DNA of 37,046 nt, taken from contig JAGTUW010000302.1 in the NCBI GenBank assembly GCA_018224345.1, forward strand, positions 1 through 37,046. The letters run 5' to 3'. The notes beneath the pieces are model-generated. The model had not been told where the DNA came from and made no database searches. It saw nothing but the letters and a program-made list of their open reading frames with translations. The position numbers and the translations under genes were made by a program. The DNA comes from Bacteroidota bacterium. GTDB taxonomy: Bacteria > Bacteroidota > Ignavibacteria > SZUA-365. Within the stretch, counting starts at the first letter, position 1. Every line of letters starts with the position of its first letter. Positions 8,213-16,696 of the stretch are shown one piece after another.

Positions 8213-10504
8213 TCAGAACTTGACTTCAATAGCAATACTGGGAAGGATGGGAAGAAGAAGCACATCTTCGACAGTCGTGACTTCACCAGTGGAATCATAG
8301 TAGCGAAACCATACATCACGACGTGAATACACGTTGTAAATGTCGATCATCAGACTCGTGGGGAGCCCGAACAATGTTGTGTGATAATTTGCGTTCAGAT
8401 TCAACTGATGCGACGGCGGCAGCCGCAGACCGTAACGATCCGCCGGTATATTCAGCCCCTTGCCACTCTCACTTCCGGGCAGACGCGTTTCAAGTCGCGA
8501 AGTCTGACCGGTGTAGGACTGACCGGTTTGAAACGTGAATGTGGCCGACAGATCCCAGGAATCATTGAGTTTGTACTGTGCGACTACCTTGAAATCATGC
8601 CGTCTGTCCCATTTCGGGCGGAACCATTCTCCACGATTGAGTTCGTCAAAACGGACATTTATCCAGCCCAGCGCATACCCAACCCAACCGGTAAAACGAC
8701 CCCGTTTTTTCTGTAGAAAAAGTTCGATTCCATAAGCCTCCCCGACACCGTCGTAGAAAAAATCACGCACTGTGGTACCACGTGTCTGGAATTGGTTCAG
8801 TTCGCTGACATGCGCAAGATCTTTATAATACAGATCTATATTGAAATCGATGTCGTCGAATGGTTGTGTTTCCACGCCGAGAACGTAATGGATGGCACGA
8901 CTCGGATCCATCGTCGAATCCGTCGGTAACCAGGTATCGAAAAAGCTGAAATCGGGTAGTGACGCCAGACGAAAATACTGGTGATAGACACCGAACGCTG
9001 CTTTCACGGCAATGAAATCCTGGAGCTGATACCGAGCTGCGATGCGTGGGTCGAATTTGACCAGCCCTCGCAAATCATAATAATTGGCCCGCAAACCGAC
9101 CTGTAAGGAGAAAAGAGGAGAAAACTGATAGTTCGATTGCATGAATGCCGATGTGGTATGATCCACGGCATCGATGCTCAGAACCCCGCCACCATTCCCC
9201 TCCGATGAGGAGGAATCCGCATCTCCAGTGAAATTCTGCAGGTAACTGAGCTCATAACGGTTGATTTCAAAACCACCCTTCATTGTCCAATCACTCGAGA
9301 CGAACCACTCGAGATTTCCTTTCAGCGTATAATCCTCGATGGTGTTCCTGGCTTCGGTTTCAAATCCCGTGTTGCTCGATGAAAAACTGTTCCCGTATCT
9401 CGAATAACTGAGATTGAACACGGAAAACAGTTTGTCGCTGAACAAATGTGTCCATCGAGAGGACAACAGACGGTTACTGATACCGATATTTCCGTTGAAT
9501 CCTGCCCGGTTGTCGAATTCCAGTACATCCTCGGATAAGAATCCCGAGAGAAACAGCTTGTCCGACATCCCGATGTCCTGGGATATTTTTCCGTTGATAT
9601 CGTAGAAAAAATAATTTGGGAGTGGATCCTCGTCCGTCTCCAGTAGACCGGTCAGCAAATCAATGTACGTGCGCCGTGCACCAAAGAACCAGGAGCCATT
9701 GCCTACCGGACCTTCCGCGGAGAGACGCGAGGAAATGAGGCCGAGCGAAGCCGTCCCACCGAATTTCCTCCTGTTTCCATCTTTTTGTACGAGATCGAGC
9801 ACGGCAGACAGTCGCCCTCCGTATTCCGCCGGATACCCGCCCTTGATCAGATCGATGTCTTTTACCGCATCCGGATTGAACGTGGAGAAAAACCCGAACA
9901 GATGCGACGGATTATACACTGCCGACCCGTCAAGCAGCACGAGCGTCTGATCCGGAGAACCACCCCGGATATACAGTCCACTCGAGATCTGCGATGACGA
10001 GAGAATACCCGGTAGATACTGCAGCGAACGGAATACATCAGCCTCGCCCCCGACACGAAGCTGTGTGATCTGGCGTATGGGAATATTTACGCGGCTGACA
10101 CTGATCTGTCTCTTATCATCGAAACGATCTCGCTCAATGACGACCTCGTCAAGTTGAAGGGTCTCGGGAATCAGCTCAATATCGAGCCTGCGGGAGGCCC
10201 TTGCTCCCAATTCCACTGTGACCTCCTGTCTCTTGTATCCAAGAAAACTGTAGATGACGGTGTATGTCCCCGGCTTGATCTCCGAGATAGCGTAATAGCC
10301 GCTTTTATTGGTAACACTGCCCTGTCGCGTTTCCACGATAAAAACGGTGGCACCGACCATGGTCTCGCCGGTTTCCTTGTCACGCACATACCCGCTGAGT
10401 GTGGCATTGTCGGAAATCTCTCCTGTAACCGCACCGTCAGCGTAAGTGACAACGACAAGGGAGAGCAAGATGATGCAGAGTATGAAGGACCTGAATGAAT
10501 GCAT
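8213..10504 (-). CDS. TonB-dependent outer-membrane receptor with an N-terminal carboxypeptidase-regulatory-like (CarboxypepD_reg) domain
   Basis: It has an ATG start and a signal peptide MHSFRSFILCIILLSLVVVTYADG. The CarboxypepD_reg block reads LSGYVRDKETGETMVGATVFIVETRQGSVTNKSGYYAISEIKPGTYTVIYSFLGYKRQEVTVEL. The plug region reads LQYLPGILSS...GLYIRGGSPDQTLVLLDGSAVYNPSHLFGFFSTFNPDAVKDIDLIKGGYPAEYGGR. A long beta-barrel ends in an aromatic terminal residue (..IAIEVKF). Confidence 0.9.
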   Translation of the reverse strand: MHSFRSFILCIILLSLVVVTYADGAVTGEISDNATLSGYVRDKETGETMVGATVFIVETRQGSVTNKSGYYAISEIKPGTYTVIYSFLGYKRQEVTVELGARASRRLDIELIPETLQLDEVVIERDRFDDKRQISVSRVNIPIRQITQLRVGGEADVFRSLQYLPGILSSSQISSGLYIRGGSPDQTLVLLDGSAVYNPSHLFGFFSTFNPDAVKDIDLIKGGYPAEYGGRLSAVLDLVQKDGNRRKFGGTASLGLISSRLSAEGPVGNGSWFFGARRTYIDLLTGLLETDEDPLPNYFFYDINGKISQDIGMSDKLFLSGFLSEDVLEFDNRAGFNGNIGISNRLLSSRWTHLFSDKLFSVFNLSYSRYGNSFSSSNTGFETEARNTIEDYTLKGNLEWFVSSDWTMKGGFEINRYELSYLQNFTGDADSSSSEGNGGGVLSIDAVDHTTSAFMQSNYQFSPLFSLQVGLRANYYDLRGLVKFDPRIAARYQLQDFIAVKAAFGVYHQYFRLASLPDFSFFDTWLPTDSTMDPSRAIHYVLGVETQPFDDIDFNIDLYYKDLAHVSELNQFQTRGTTVRDFFYDGVGEAYGIELFLQKKRGRFTGWVGYALGWINVRFDELNRGEWFRPKWDRRHDFKVVAQYKLNDSWDLSATFTFQTGQSYTGQTSRLETRLPGSESGKGLNIPADRYGLRLPPSHQLNLNANYHTTLFGLPTSLMIDIYNVYSRRDVWFRYYDSTGEVTTVEDVLLLPILPSIAIEVKF

Positions 10505-10759
10505 CCTGTATGTTCCGTTACTTTCCCGATGCTGCCGGAGAACCGATGCGAGTCATGCACCGCAGGATCGAAGCTCCCTTTCATCGAGTAAAGGTGAAGT
10601 GATCAGTCATACAACGCCGGAAATCGGCGTATCGTTTCACTGTACGAATAAAATCGCCCCGGGTTGCTCTCCGCCGGAATCATTACCGGATCACAACCTG
10701 TCTCCCTCCTGACAACCACCCGATGAAAACCACATACTCACCACCACGCGTGTGCAACC

Positions 10760-11014
10760 CTACACTGCCAATTCCACAAGTTTCGAACCGACACCGGGAA
10801 TAATTCCGATTTTCCTCGCGAGTTCATCCATGTCTTCCCGCTTCCCATGCAACTCGAGAATCAACAACCCCTGATCCGAACAGTTCTCGAGCACACCGTC
10901 GTGAATACCAAGTCGTGTCTTGATGATACAACCCCATGCAGTGAGCACTTTCTGCACGGATACAGCCGCTTCCTTCCGGTTGCCAATGAGAACGAGCAGA
11001 ACGGTTTTTGTCAT
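10760..11014 (-). CDS. small ACT/NikR-C-terminal-like protein resembling the TM1266 family ('putative iron-only hydrogenase system regulator')
   Basis: The 84-aa ORF starts at an ATG (11012-11014). The pattern VLLVLIGNRKEAAVSVQKVLTAWGCIIKTRLGIH....GLLILELHG..EDMDELARKIGIIPGVGSKLVEL follows the beta-alpha-beta-beta-alpha-beta layout and conserved positions I recall for TM1266-like proteins. The family assignment is from memory only. Confidence 0.5.
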   Translation of the reverse strand: MTKTVLLVLIGNRKEAAVSVQKVLTAWGCIIKTRLGIHDGVLENCSDQGLLILELHGKREDMDELARKIGIIPGVGSKLVELAV

Positions 11015-11373
11015 AACTCTTCACCTCGATACTGTGGATAACAAGAGTGCAATATATGATAAATCACAACGAAAGTACACAACACCACTGTATGTCTGAT
11101 CAGCGCGGTACATCCCGATGAATTCCACACGTGTACCACGTCTCTGCGTACCCGCCATGTCAATGAAGTACGCAGTGTCAACAGCATTGCGGAACATGAA
11201 TCGCAGCGCTGTATCCTGCCGTGTCCGGTTGAGCATCCGGACCTTGCTCACATTGCTCAGACAGGGATTGGAAAACAGTGTTTGATTTTTTAGTTTTCCT
11301 GCTGAGCGGTATCACAGTTTCTCCTTCACGGACGGGTATCCGTTTCATCCATCATTTGTGAGAAGGGCGTTGC

Positions 11374-12957
11374 ATGGTTGATCAAAAGGAGCAGTGGGGA
11401 TCACGCATAGGTCTGATACTCGCTGTCGCCGGGAATGCGGTTGGTCTGGGTAATTTTCTGCGTTTCCCGGTACAAGCCGCATCAAACGGCGGCGGGGCCT
11501 TCATGATTCCGTATTTTATCGCTTTTCTCCTGCTGGGCATCCCTCTGATGTGGGTCGAGTGGAGCATAGGCCGACATGGTGGCAAATACGGCTATGGGAG
11601 CGCCCCGGGGATGTTCGATGTTCTCTGGAACAATTCCATTGCAAAGTATCTCGGTGTCATCGGCCTGCTCATCTCCATGGTCATTCTGATTTACTACACA
11701 TACATCGAGTCATGGACGCTTGGCTATGGTATTTTCAGTATGGTGGGGCTGTACCACGGAGCAGATTCGCTCGAAGAGATGAGCGGCTTTCTCTCAAGCT
11801 ATCAGGGTCTTCAGGATGGTGAGCATTTCACCAGCGTATGGCCTGCGTACGGATTGATGCTGTTCACGTTTGTTGTCAATTTTTTTGTGCTCTGGAAAGG
11901 TCTTTCCGCGGGGATCGAGAAGCTCGCGAAAGTCGCCATGCCCATGCTCTTTATCTTCGCGGTGATCCTTCTCATCCGAGTTTTCACTCTCGGAACGCCC
12001 GATCCTTCCGTACCCGAAAATTCAGTGATCAACGGACTGGCATACATCTGGAACCCGAATTTCGACGAATTAAGCAAGGCCAGTGTCTGGATCGCGGCTG
12101 CAGGACAGATTTTCTTTACGCTCAGCGTCGGGATGGGAACGATACACGCCTATGCCAGCTATTTGCGCCCAAAAGATGATATTGCACTCAGCGGCCTCAC
12201 GACCGCTGCGACAAACAAGTTCGTGGAAGTCGTCCTCGGTGGCAGCATTGCCATTCCGGTCGCCGTCGCGTTTTTCGGTCTCGATATGACAAAGGAGATT
12301 GCCTCGGGCGGTGCGTTCAACCTGGGCTTCGTTTCCATGCCTGTGATTTTCGGAAAAATACCGCTCGGGCAACTGTTCGGTGCTATGTGGTTCTTCCTGC
12401 TCTTCGTCGCTGGAATAACATCCTCGGTTGCGATGGGACAGCCCGTTGTCGCGTTCTTTAAAAATCAATTCGGTATGAGCCACCGGCGCGCAGTGCTCTC
12501 CCTGGCGACCATCGTTATTATCTGTGTACAACCGGTGGTGTTTTTCCTTGGACACGGCTTCCTTGACGAAATGGACTACTGGTCCGGGACGTTCGGGCTC
12601 GTGATCTTTGCCACTGTCGAGATCATACTCTTCGCCTGGGTGTTCAAAATTGATCGTGCCTGGGAAGAACTCAACAGGGGCGCTGATATCCGCATACCGA
12701 TATTCTTCAAGTATGTGATCAAATACGTGACACCGCTGTACCTGCTTATCATTATGGGCGTCTGGCTGTATCAGGATGCCATCGACATACTCCTGCTCAA
12801 CAAAACTTCGGGAGGCAATCCGGTCGACCCTGCCGACGTACCGTATATATGGGGCGCGCGTGCACTGATGGTCGGCCTGTTCCTCCTCCTCTCACTGTTC
12901 GTCCATTATGCCTGGAAAAGAAAGCGGCGCCTCGGCATTACAAGTTTCAGAGAGTAA
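11374..12957 (+). CDS. sodium-dependent transporter, neurotransmitter:sodium symporter (NSS/SNF, LeuT-like) family
   Basis: The ATG at 11374 is preceded by GAAGGG. The hallmark N-terminal motif is WGSRIGLILAVAGNAVGLGNFLRFPVQAASNGGGAFMIPYFIAFLLLGIPLMWVEWSIGR, and the hydrophobicity pattern suggests about 12 TM segments. Confidence 0.9.
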   Translation: MVDQKEQWGSRIGLILAVAGNAVGLGNFLRFPVQAASNGGGAFMIPYFIAFLLLGIPLMWVEWSIGRHGGKYGYGSAPGMFDVLWNNSIAKYLGVIGLLISMVILIYYTYIESWTLGYGIFSMVGLYHGADSLEEMSGFLSSYQGLQDGEHFTSVWPAYGLMLFTFVVNFFVLWKGLSAGIEKLAKVAMPMLFIFAVILLIRVFTLGTPDPSVPENSVINGLAYIWNPNFDELSKASVWIAAAGQIFFTLSVGMGTIHAYASYLRPKDDIALSGLTTAATNKFVEVVLGGSIAIPVAVAFFGLDMTKEIASGGAFNLGFVSMPVIFGKIPLGQLFGAMWFFLLFVAGITSSVAMGQPVVAFFKNQFGMSHRRAVLSLATIVIICVQPVVFFLGHGFLDEMDYWSGTFGLVIFATVEIILFAWVFKIDRAWEELNRGADIRIPIFFKYVIKYVTPLYLLIIMGVWLYQDAIDILLLNKTSGGNPVDPADVPYIWGARALMVGLFLLLSLFVHYAWKRKRRLGITSFRE

Positions 12958-13031
12958 CCCGGGGAAGCGGCATACAGATTTTGTGCATGTGAACAAGCTG
13001 AACGAATGCTACCGGAAGGACGCGAAAGTGA

Positions 13032-13961
13032 TTATCTAACAGTGGGTTCGAGTACGGCGATTTCCTTTCGTGTCGTGTCGAGGGCGACGCGGCATCCGAA
13101 AGGCAGGGTGATTTTTTCCGGGATATGACCAAAAGGAATATCGGTGAGAACGGGGACATCGAGCGGAAGAAGATATTCTTTCAATACCTGAAGAAATTCA
13201 CGGTTGAACTCATCATCGGGAATCCCGGTAAAACTGCCGAGCAGAACGCCCGACACCCTGCCGAGAAGACCGGAATCCCTGAGCTGCAGCAGCATTCTGT
13301 CCAGACGATACACGGATTCTCCCACATCCTCGAGAAACAAAGTTGCATTCCGAAAATCCGGTAACCACGGCGTACCGATCAAAGAACAGAGGACGGCAAG
13401 ATTTCCACCAAGAAGGACTCCCTCCGACTTCCCCTCCCGAAGTATCCCCATCGCACCGCAATGCGGTAATATCCGCCGCTTTCGCCTGCTGTGCAACATA
13501 TCCCAAAGGGCATCCGCCGTGGTTTTCTCCATACCCACTGCGAATTCCGCTGCGATCATGGGTCCAGCGAAGGTAGGAAGCCCTGCTTTCGCATAGAGCG
13601 CAAGTGACAAGGCGGTAATATCACTGAACCCGACAAGAATACGGGGATGCGCGCGGATGAAATCGTAATCGAGTTTTCCGAGAAGGCGTGCAGCTCCGTA
13701 ACCACCGCGTGTACAGAAAATCGCGCGAATACGTGTATCCTCGAACATCGCCATGATGTCGGTGGCACGAAGAGTGTCGGATCCTGCCAGATAACCATCA
13801 TGTGCGCCGACACTCCAACCGAGACGGACACGGTAGCCCTCGGCGATGAGTGCGGATACACCACGCATGATCCGTTTAGCGTCGCGTGGCGGACTTGAGG
13901 GAGAAATGACGCCTACCATGTCCCCGGGCCGCAGTCGCCCCGGAGTCACTGTCTGTATCAA
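13032..13961 (-). CDS. S66-family LD-carboxypeptidase (muramoyltetrapeptide carboxypeptidase LdcA/MccF-like)
   Basis: The motifs are GDMVGVISPSSPP, IFCTRGGYGAARLL, ILVGFSDITAL (nucleophile Ser), GGNLAVLCSLIGTPW and LFLEDVGE..YRLDRML. The start is uncertain: the TTG at 13961 overlaps the dapA TGA (TTGA), and alternatives are GTG at 13949 or ATG at 13919. Confidence 0.85.
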   Translation of the reverse strand: MIQTVTPGRLRPGDMVGVISPSSPPRDAKRIMRGVSALIAEGYRVRLGWSVGAHDGYLAGSDTLRATDIMAMFEDTRIRAIFCTRGGYGAARLLGKLDYDFIRAHPRILVGFSDITALSLALYAKAGLPTFAGPMIAAEFAVGMEKTTADALWDMLHSRRKRRILPHCGAMGILREGKSEGVLLGGNLAVLCSLIGTPWLPDFRNATLFLEDVGESVYRLDRMLLQLRDSGLLGRVSGVLLGSFTGIPDDEFNREFLQVLKEYLLPLDVPVLTDIPFGHIPEKITLPFGCRVALDTTRKEIAVLEPTVR

Positions 13962-14851
13962 GATGCGAGCAGATCGAGTGAGCGCAACACTACTTCCAGC
14001 CTCTCACGATTTGCCCGCTGCATCGGGACGAGCGGGAGGCGGAACCGCTCTTCGATGAGTCCCATCATCGCCATTGCGGTTTTCACCGGTATAGGATTCG
14101 ATTCGATAAAGTTCATACGCAAAAGCGTCACGAGACGATCGTAGATTTCCCTGGCCTCAGTGAGTTTCCCATCCAAAGCCAGATGTACCATGTGCGTGAT
14201 ATCCGTGGGCAGCTCGTTTGCCGCCACCGAGATGACACCATCTATGCCCATGGCTATTTGTGCGAGTACAAGATCATCGTCTCCGGAGAGCACGCTGAAG
14301 CCATCAGGTTTCCCCCGAACGATATCATAGATCTGTGTGAAATTCGCACTTGCCTCCTTCGTGGCGATGACGTTGCCCCCCTCGGCGATTCGAAGCTGTG
14401 TCTCAGCGGTGATATTGCCGCCGGTACGACCGGGAACGTTATACATGACGACACCGCAGTCGATTCCGTCAGCAACCGCACGAAAATGCTGGTAATATCC
14501 CTCCTGTGTCGGCTTGTTGTAATATGGTCCGACTATGAGCACGGCATCAACGCCGATTGCTGCCGCTACCCGTGCATTTTCAAGAGTTCTCATTGTCGCA
14601 TTGGATCCTGCCCCCGCGATGACAGGGATACGTCCGTTCACGGTCTCCACAACTGTTTCCAGCAGTTTCTGATATTCCACATCGCTGAGTGTCACCGCCT
14701 CACCGGTCGTTCCGCAGGGAACAAGCATATCAATGCCATGTTCGACCTGACGCTGTGTGAGGCGCTGCACGGCGGAATAATCAACGGTACCTTCGGCATT
14801 GAAGGGTGTAATCAGTGCTGTCCCTGCACCGCTAAGCTTAGGCAAGGTCAT
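13958..14851 (-). CDS. dapA: 4-hydroxy-tetrahydrodipicolinate synthase
   Basis: The internal ATG at 14851 (MTLPKLSGAGTALITPF) gives a canonical ~297-aa DapA with GTTGE, VIAGAGSN, YYNKP and YNVPGRTG motifs. The longer track ORF would run about 100 nt into dapB. Confidence 0.9.
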   Translation of the reverse strand: MTLPKLSGAGTALITPFNAEGTVDYSAVQRLTQRQVEHGIDMLVPCGTTGEAVTLSDVEYQKLLETVVETVNGRIPVIAGAGSNATMRTLENARVAAAIGVDAVLIVGPYYNKPTQEGYYQHFRAVADGIDCGVVMYNVPGRTGGNITAETQLRIAEGGNVIATKEASANFTQIYDIVRGKPDGFSVLSGDDDLVLAQIAMGIDGVISVAANELPTDITHMVHLALDGKLTEAREIYDRLVTLLRMNFIESNPIPVKTAMAMMGLIEERFRLPLVPMQRANRERLEVVLRSLDLLAS

Positions 14852-15590
14852 TGAGCATATCCTCCAGTGTAAACATCCCTTGTTTATTACAAATCCATTG
14901 GGCAGCGAGCAAGGCGCCTTCGGCAAACCCCCTTCTCCCTTTCGCACGATGGATCAACTCGATTTCATCAGAATCGGAATCGATTCTAACGGTGTGCTCT
15001 CCGAAGACCTTCCCAAGTCGTTCCGAGGTCACATACAATGCTGTGGGATCAATCATCCCTTCAGGTACGCCTCTTACAATTCCCTTTTTGTTCTTGTTGT
15101 TCAGGAGCACATCTTCTGCCATTGCCAGCGCCGTTCCGCTCGGTGTGTCTTTCTTGCCCACATGATGTACTTCATGAATCGCAAGATCGTACTGAGGATA
15201 ATTATTAAGCAGTGCCGCCAGGGTTGCTGAAGTTTTGCGAAATATGTGTACACCGATAGAGAAGTTGTTCGAGTGGATGCACGCTCCCTCGGCATCCTGT
15301 ACGGCCTTCTCGACCTGTGAGCGCTCATCTTCCCAGCCCGTCGTGCCGCTGACGACAGGCATACCCGCACGAACACATGCAAGAATATTGTTCACTGCCT
15401 GATCTGGCGAGGTGAATTCGACGCACACCTGCACATCTCGTCCCACAAGATCATCAATACTCTCATACATCCTGTCATCCTGTGGATCCACGATCTGCGG
15501 TTCAGGCCAGTCTCTTTCACTGATGATATCATGCAACGTACGGCCCATGCGTCCGAAGCCGATAAGCGCGATTCTAGGTTTTTCTCTCAT
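14838..15590 (-). CDS. dapB: 4-hydroxy-tetrahydrodipicolinate reductase
   Basis: The N-terminus MREKPRIALIGFGRMGRTL carries a Rossmann GxGxxG motif. VVSGTTGW and the EVHHVGKKDTPSGTAL substrate-binding motif are present. Its ATG overlaps the TGA of the upstream M20 gene (ATGA at 15587-15590). Confidence 0.9.
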   Translation of the reverse strand: MREKPRIALIGFGRMGRTLHDIISERDWPEPQIVDPQDDRMYESIDDLVGRDVQVCVEFTSPDQAVNNILACVRAGMPVVSGTTGWEDERSQVEKAVQDAEGACIHSNNFSIGVHIFRKTSATLAALLNNYPQYDLAIHEVHHVGKKDTPSGTALAMAEDVLLNNKNKKGIVRGVPEGMIDPTALYVTSERLGKVFGEHTVRIDSDSDEIELIHRAKGRRGFAEGALLAAQWICNKQGMFTLEDMLNDLA

Positions 15591-16600
15591 TTTTTCCTCA
15601 AGGCATGGTAGAGACTGACGAAGGCATCGACGGCGTACTCAATTTCGGAAATACGGATTTTTTCATCCTCGCGATGTGCGTCGTGTATGGAACCGGGGCC
15701 GAACAATAAACAGTTACCCATGGATGAAAGATAGGGTATATCCGTCCCGAAAGAAACGGGTTTGGTCGGGAAACCCGTCACGGTCGTAAGGATCTGGGGT
15801 TCTGAAATTGATTGGAAGCGAACCGAAGCGCGGCCATCGATCAAATGAAGCAGTTGGGCTTTCCGTGATTCCGTATCATCGACGATACGGTGCACCACTG
15901 TCGCCGAAGCATTCGGAGCGAGTGTGTTCATCGCTACGCCGCCTTCGATCAGCCCGATGTTGGTCGTCGCAGATCCGAGCAGGGGGCTACTGCCCCAGTC
16001 GGTATAGCGTATGTCACTGAGCAGATCCAGCAGCGCATGTATGGCGGAGATTCCTCGTTCAGGGTACGCACTGTGTACAGCAATCCCTTCCGTCGAGAGT
16101 GTATAGCTCAATACCCCTTTGTGGCCGGAGGCGAGCATATTGTCTGTGGGTTCACCCACAATGATAAAATCGGCGCTTCGTTCCCCCCGGGCTGCAGTTT
16201 GTGCTCCGATGCTATCGGTTTCTTCACCAACAACAAAGAGAAAAGCCGGATCATATCCGCTCTCGATAAGTCGTCCGCCCGCAACCAGCATCGCGGCGAT
16301 AATGCCTTTCGTATCGCAGGCGCCGCGCCCGTAAAGTATCTCTCCCTCGAATCTTGCAGGAAAAAAGGGAGGAACGGTATCGACATGCGTGCAGAACAGT
16401 ACGTCCGTGTGTGTTTGCCATCCGGCATAAAGATTCCATCGGTCCCTTGACACCTGTTCCCGTTCGGTTATTAAACCCATCTGCTCACATTGTTCTTCAA
16501 GAGAAAGCAACATCGCTGCTTCCGACCCCGTGACAGAGGGAATATCGATGAGCCGGGCTGCGAGTCGGGCTGGATAGGAGTATGTATCGGGTGTCTTCAT
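15587..16600 (-). CDS. M20-family metallohydrolase (ArgE/DapE/ACY1 family; possibly an N-acyl-diaminopimelate deacylase given its context)
   Basis: The ATG at 16600 begins MKTPDTYSY. The motifs are IDIPSVTGSE, LFCTHVDTVPP, GRGACDTKG and FVVGEETDSIGA (metal-ligand blocks of M20 peptidases). The ATGA overlap suggests translational coupling to dapB. Confidence 0.8.
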   Translation of the reverse strand: MKTPDTYSYPARLAARLIDIPSVTGSEAAMLLSLEEQCEQMGLITEREQVSRDRWNLYAGWQTHTDVLFCTHVDTVPPFFPARFEGEILYGRGACDTKGIIAAMLVAGGRLIESGYDPAFLFVVGEETDSIGAQTAARGERSADFIIVGEPTDNMLASGHKGVLSYTLSTEGIAVHSAYPERGISAIHALLDLLSDIRYTDWGSSPLLGSATTNIGLIEGGVAMNTLAPNASATVVHRIVDDTESRKAQLLHLIDGRASVRFQSISEPQILTTVTGFPTKPVSFGTDIPYLSSMGNCLLFGPGSIHDAHREDEKIRISEIEYAVDAFVSLYHALRKK

Positions 16601-16628
16601 AACGAAATTAATATACAAGACTCGGGGC

Positions 16629-16663
16629 AAAAAAAAAGCGTCCCGGCCAGAAGGCCGGGACGC
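16629..16663 (-). terminator. strong Rho-independent terminator after the giant gene
   Basis: On the minus strand, an 11-bp GC-rich perfect stem GCGTCCCGGCC/GGCCGGGACGC with a 4-nt loop (16638-16663) is followed directly by T9 (16629-16637). A second small hairpin, GGAGAG-TTTA-CTCTCC, lies just upstream at about 16674-16689. The giant gene's TAA is at 16697-16699. Confidence 0.85.
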
Positions 16664-16696
16664 CAGGTCGGTCGGAGAGTAAACTCTCCTGTTTAC

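Noticed and set aside
10505-10759. A possible cobalamin or TPP riboswitch in the TonB-receptor leader.
   Set aside because: I could not find the invariant cores: no GCCACTG or properly placed B12 box, and no CTGAGA...ACCTGATCTGGATAATGCCAGCG-like TPP core. Only generic short hairpins are present.
10753-10771. A second sigma-54-like motif, TTGGCAG-N7-TTGCA (minus strand), at the 3' end of the ACT-like gene upstream of the TonB receptor.
   Set aside because: The GG-to-GC register is 14 nt instead of the strict 12 nt, so it is unlikely to be a functional -24/-12 promoter.
10775-10795. A tRNA T-loop-like GTTTCGAACCG string.
   Set aside because: It lies inside the ACT-like CDS, and the flanks cannot form T-stem, acceptor or anticodon arms.
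11021-11251. A 76-aa minus-strand ORF (GTG start) in the spacer upstream of the ACT-like gene, with fairly protein-like composition.
   Set aside because: It has a GTG start with no purine-rich RBS, and I recognised no motif. It would leave the divergent NSS gene and itself with almost no promoter space. I kept it only as a possibility within the spacer finding.
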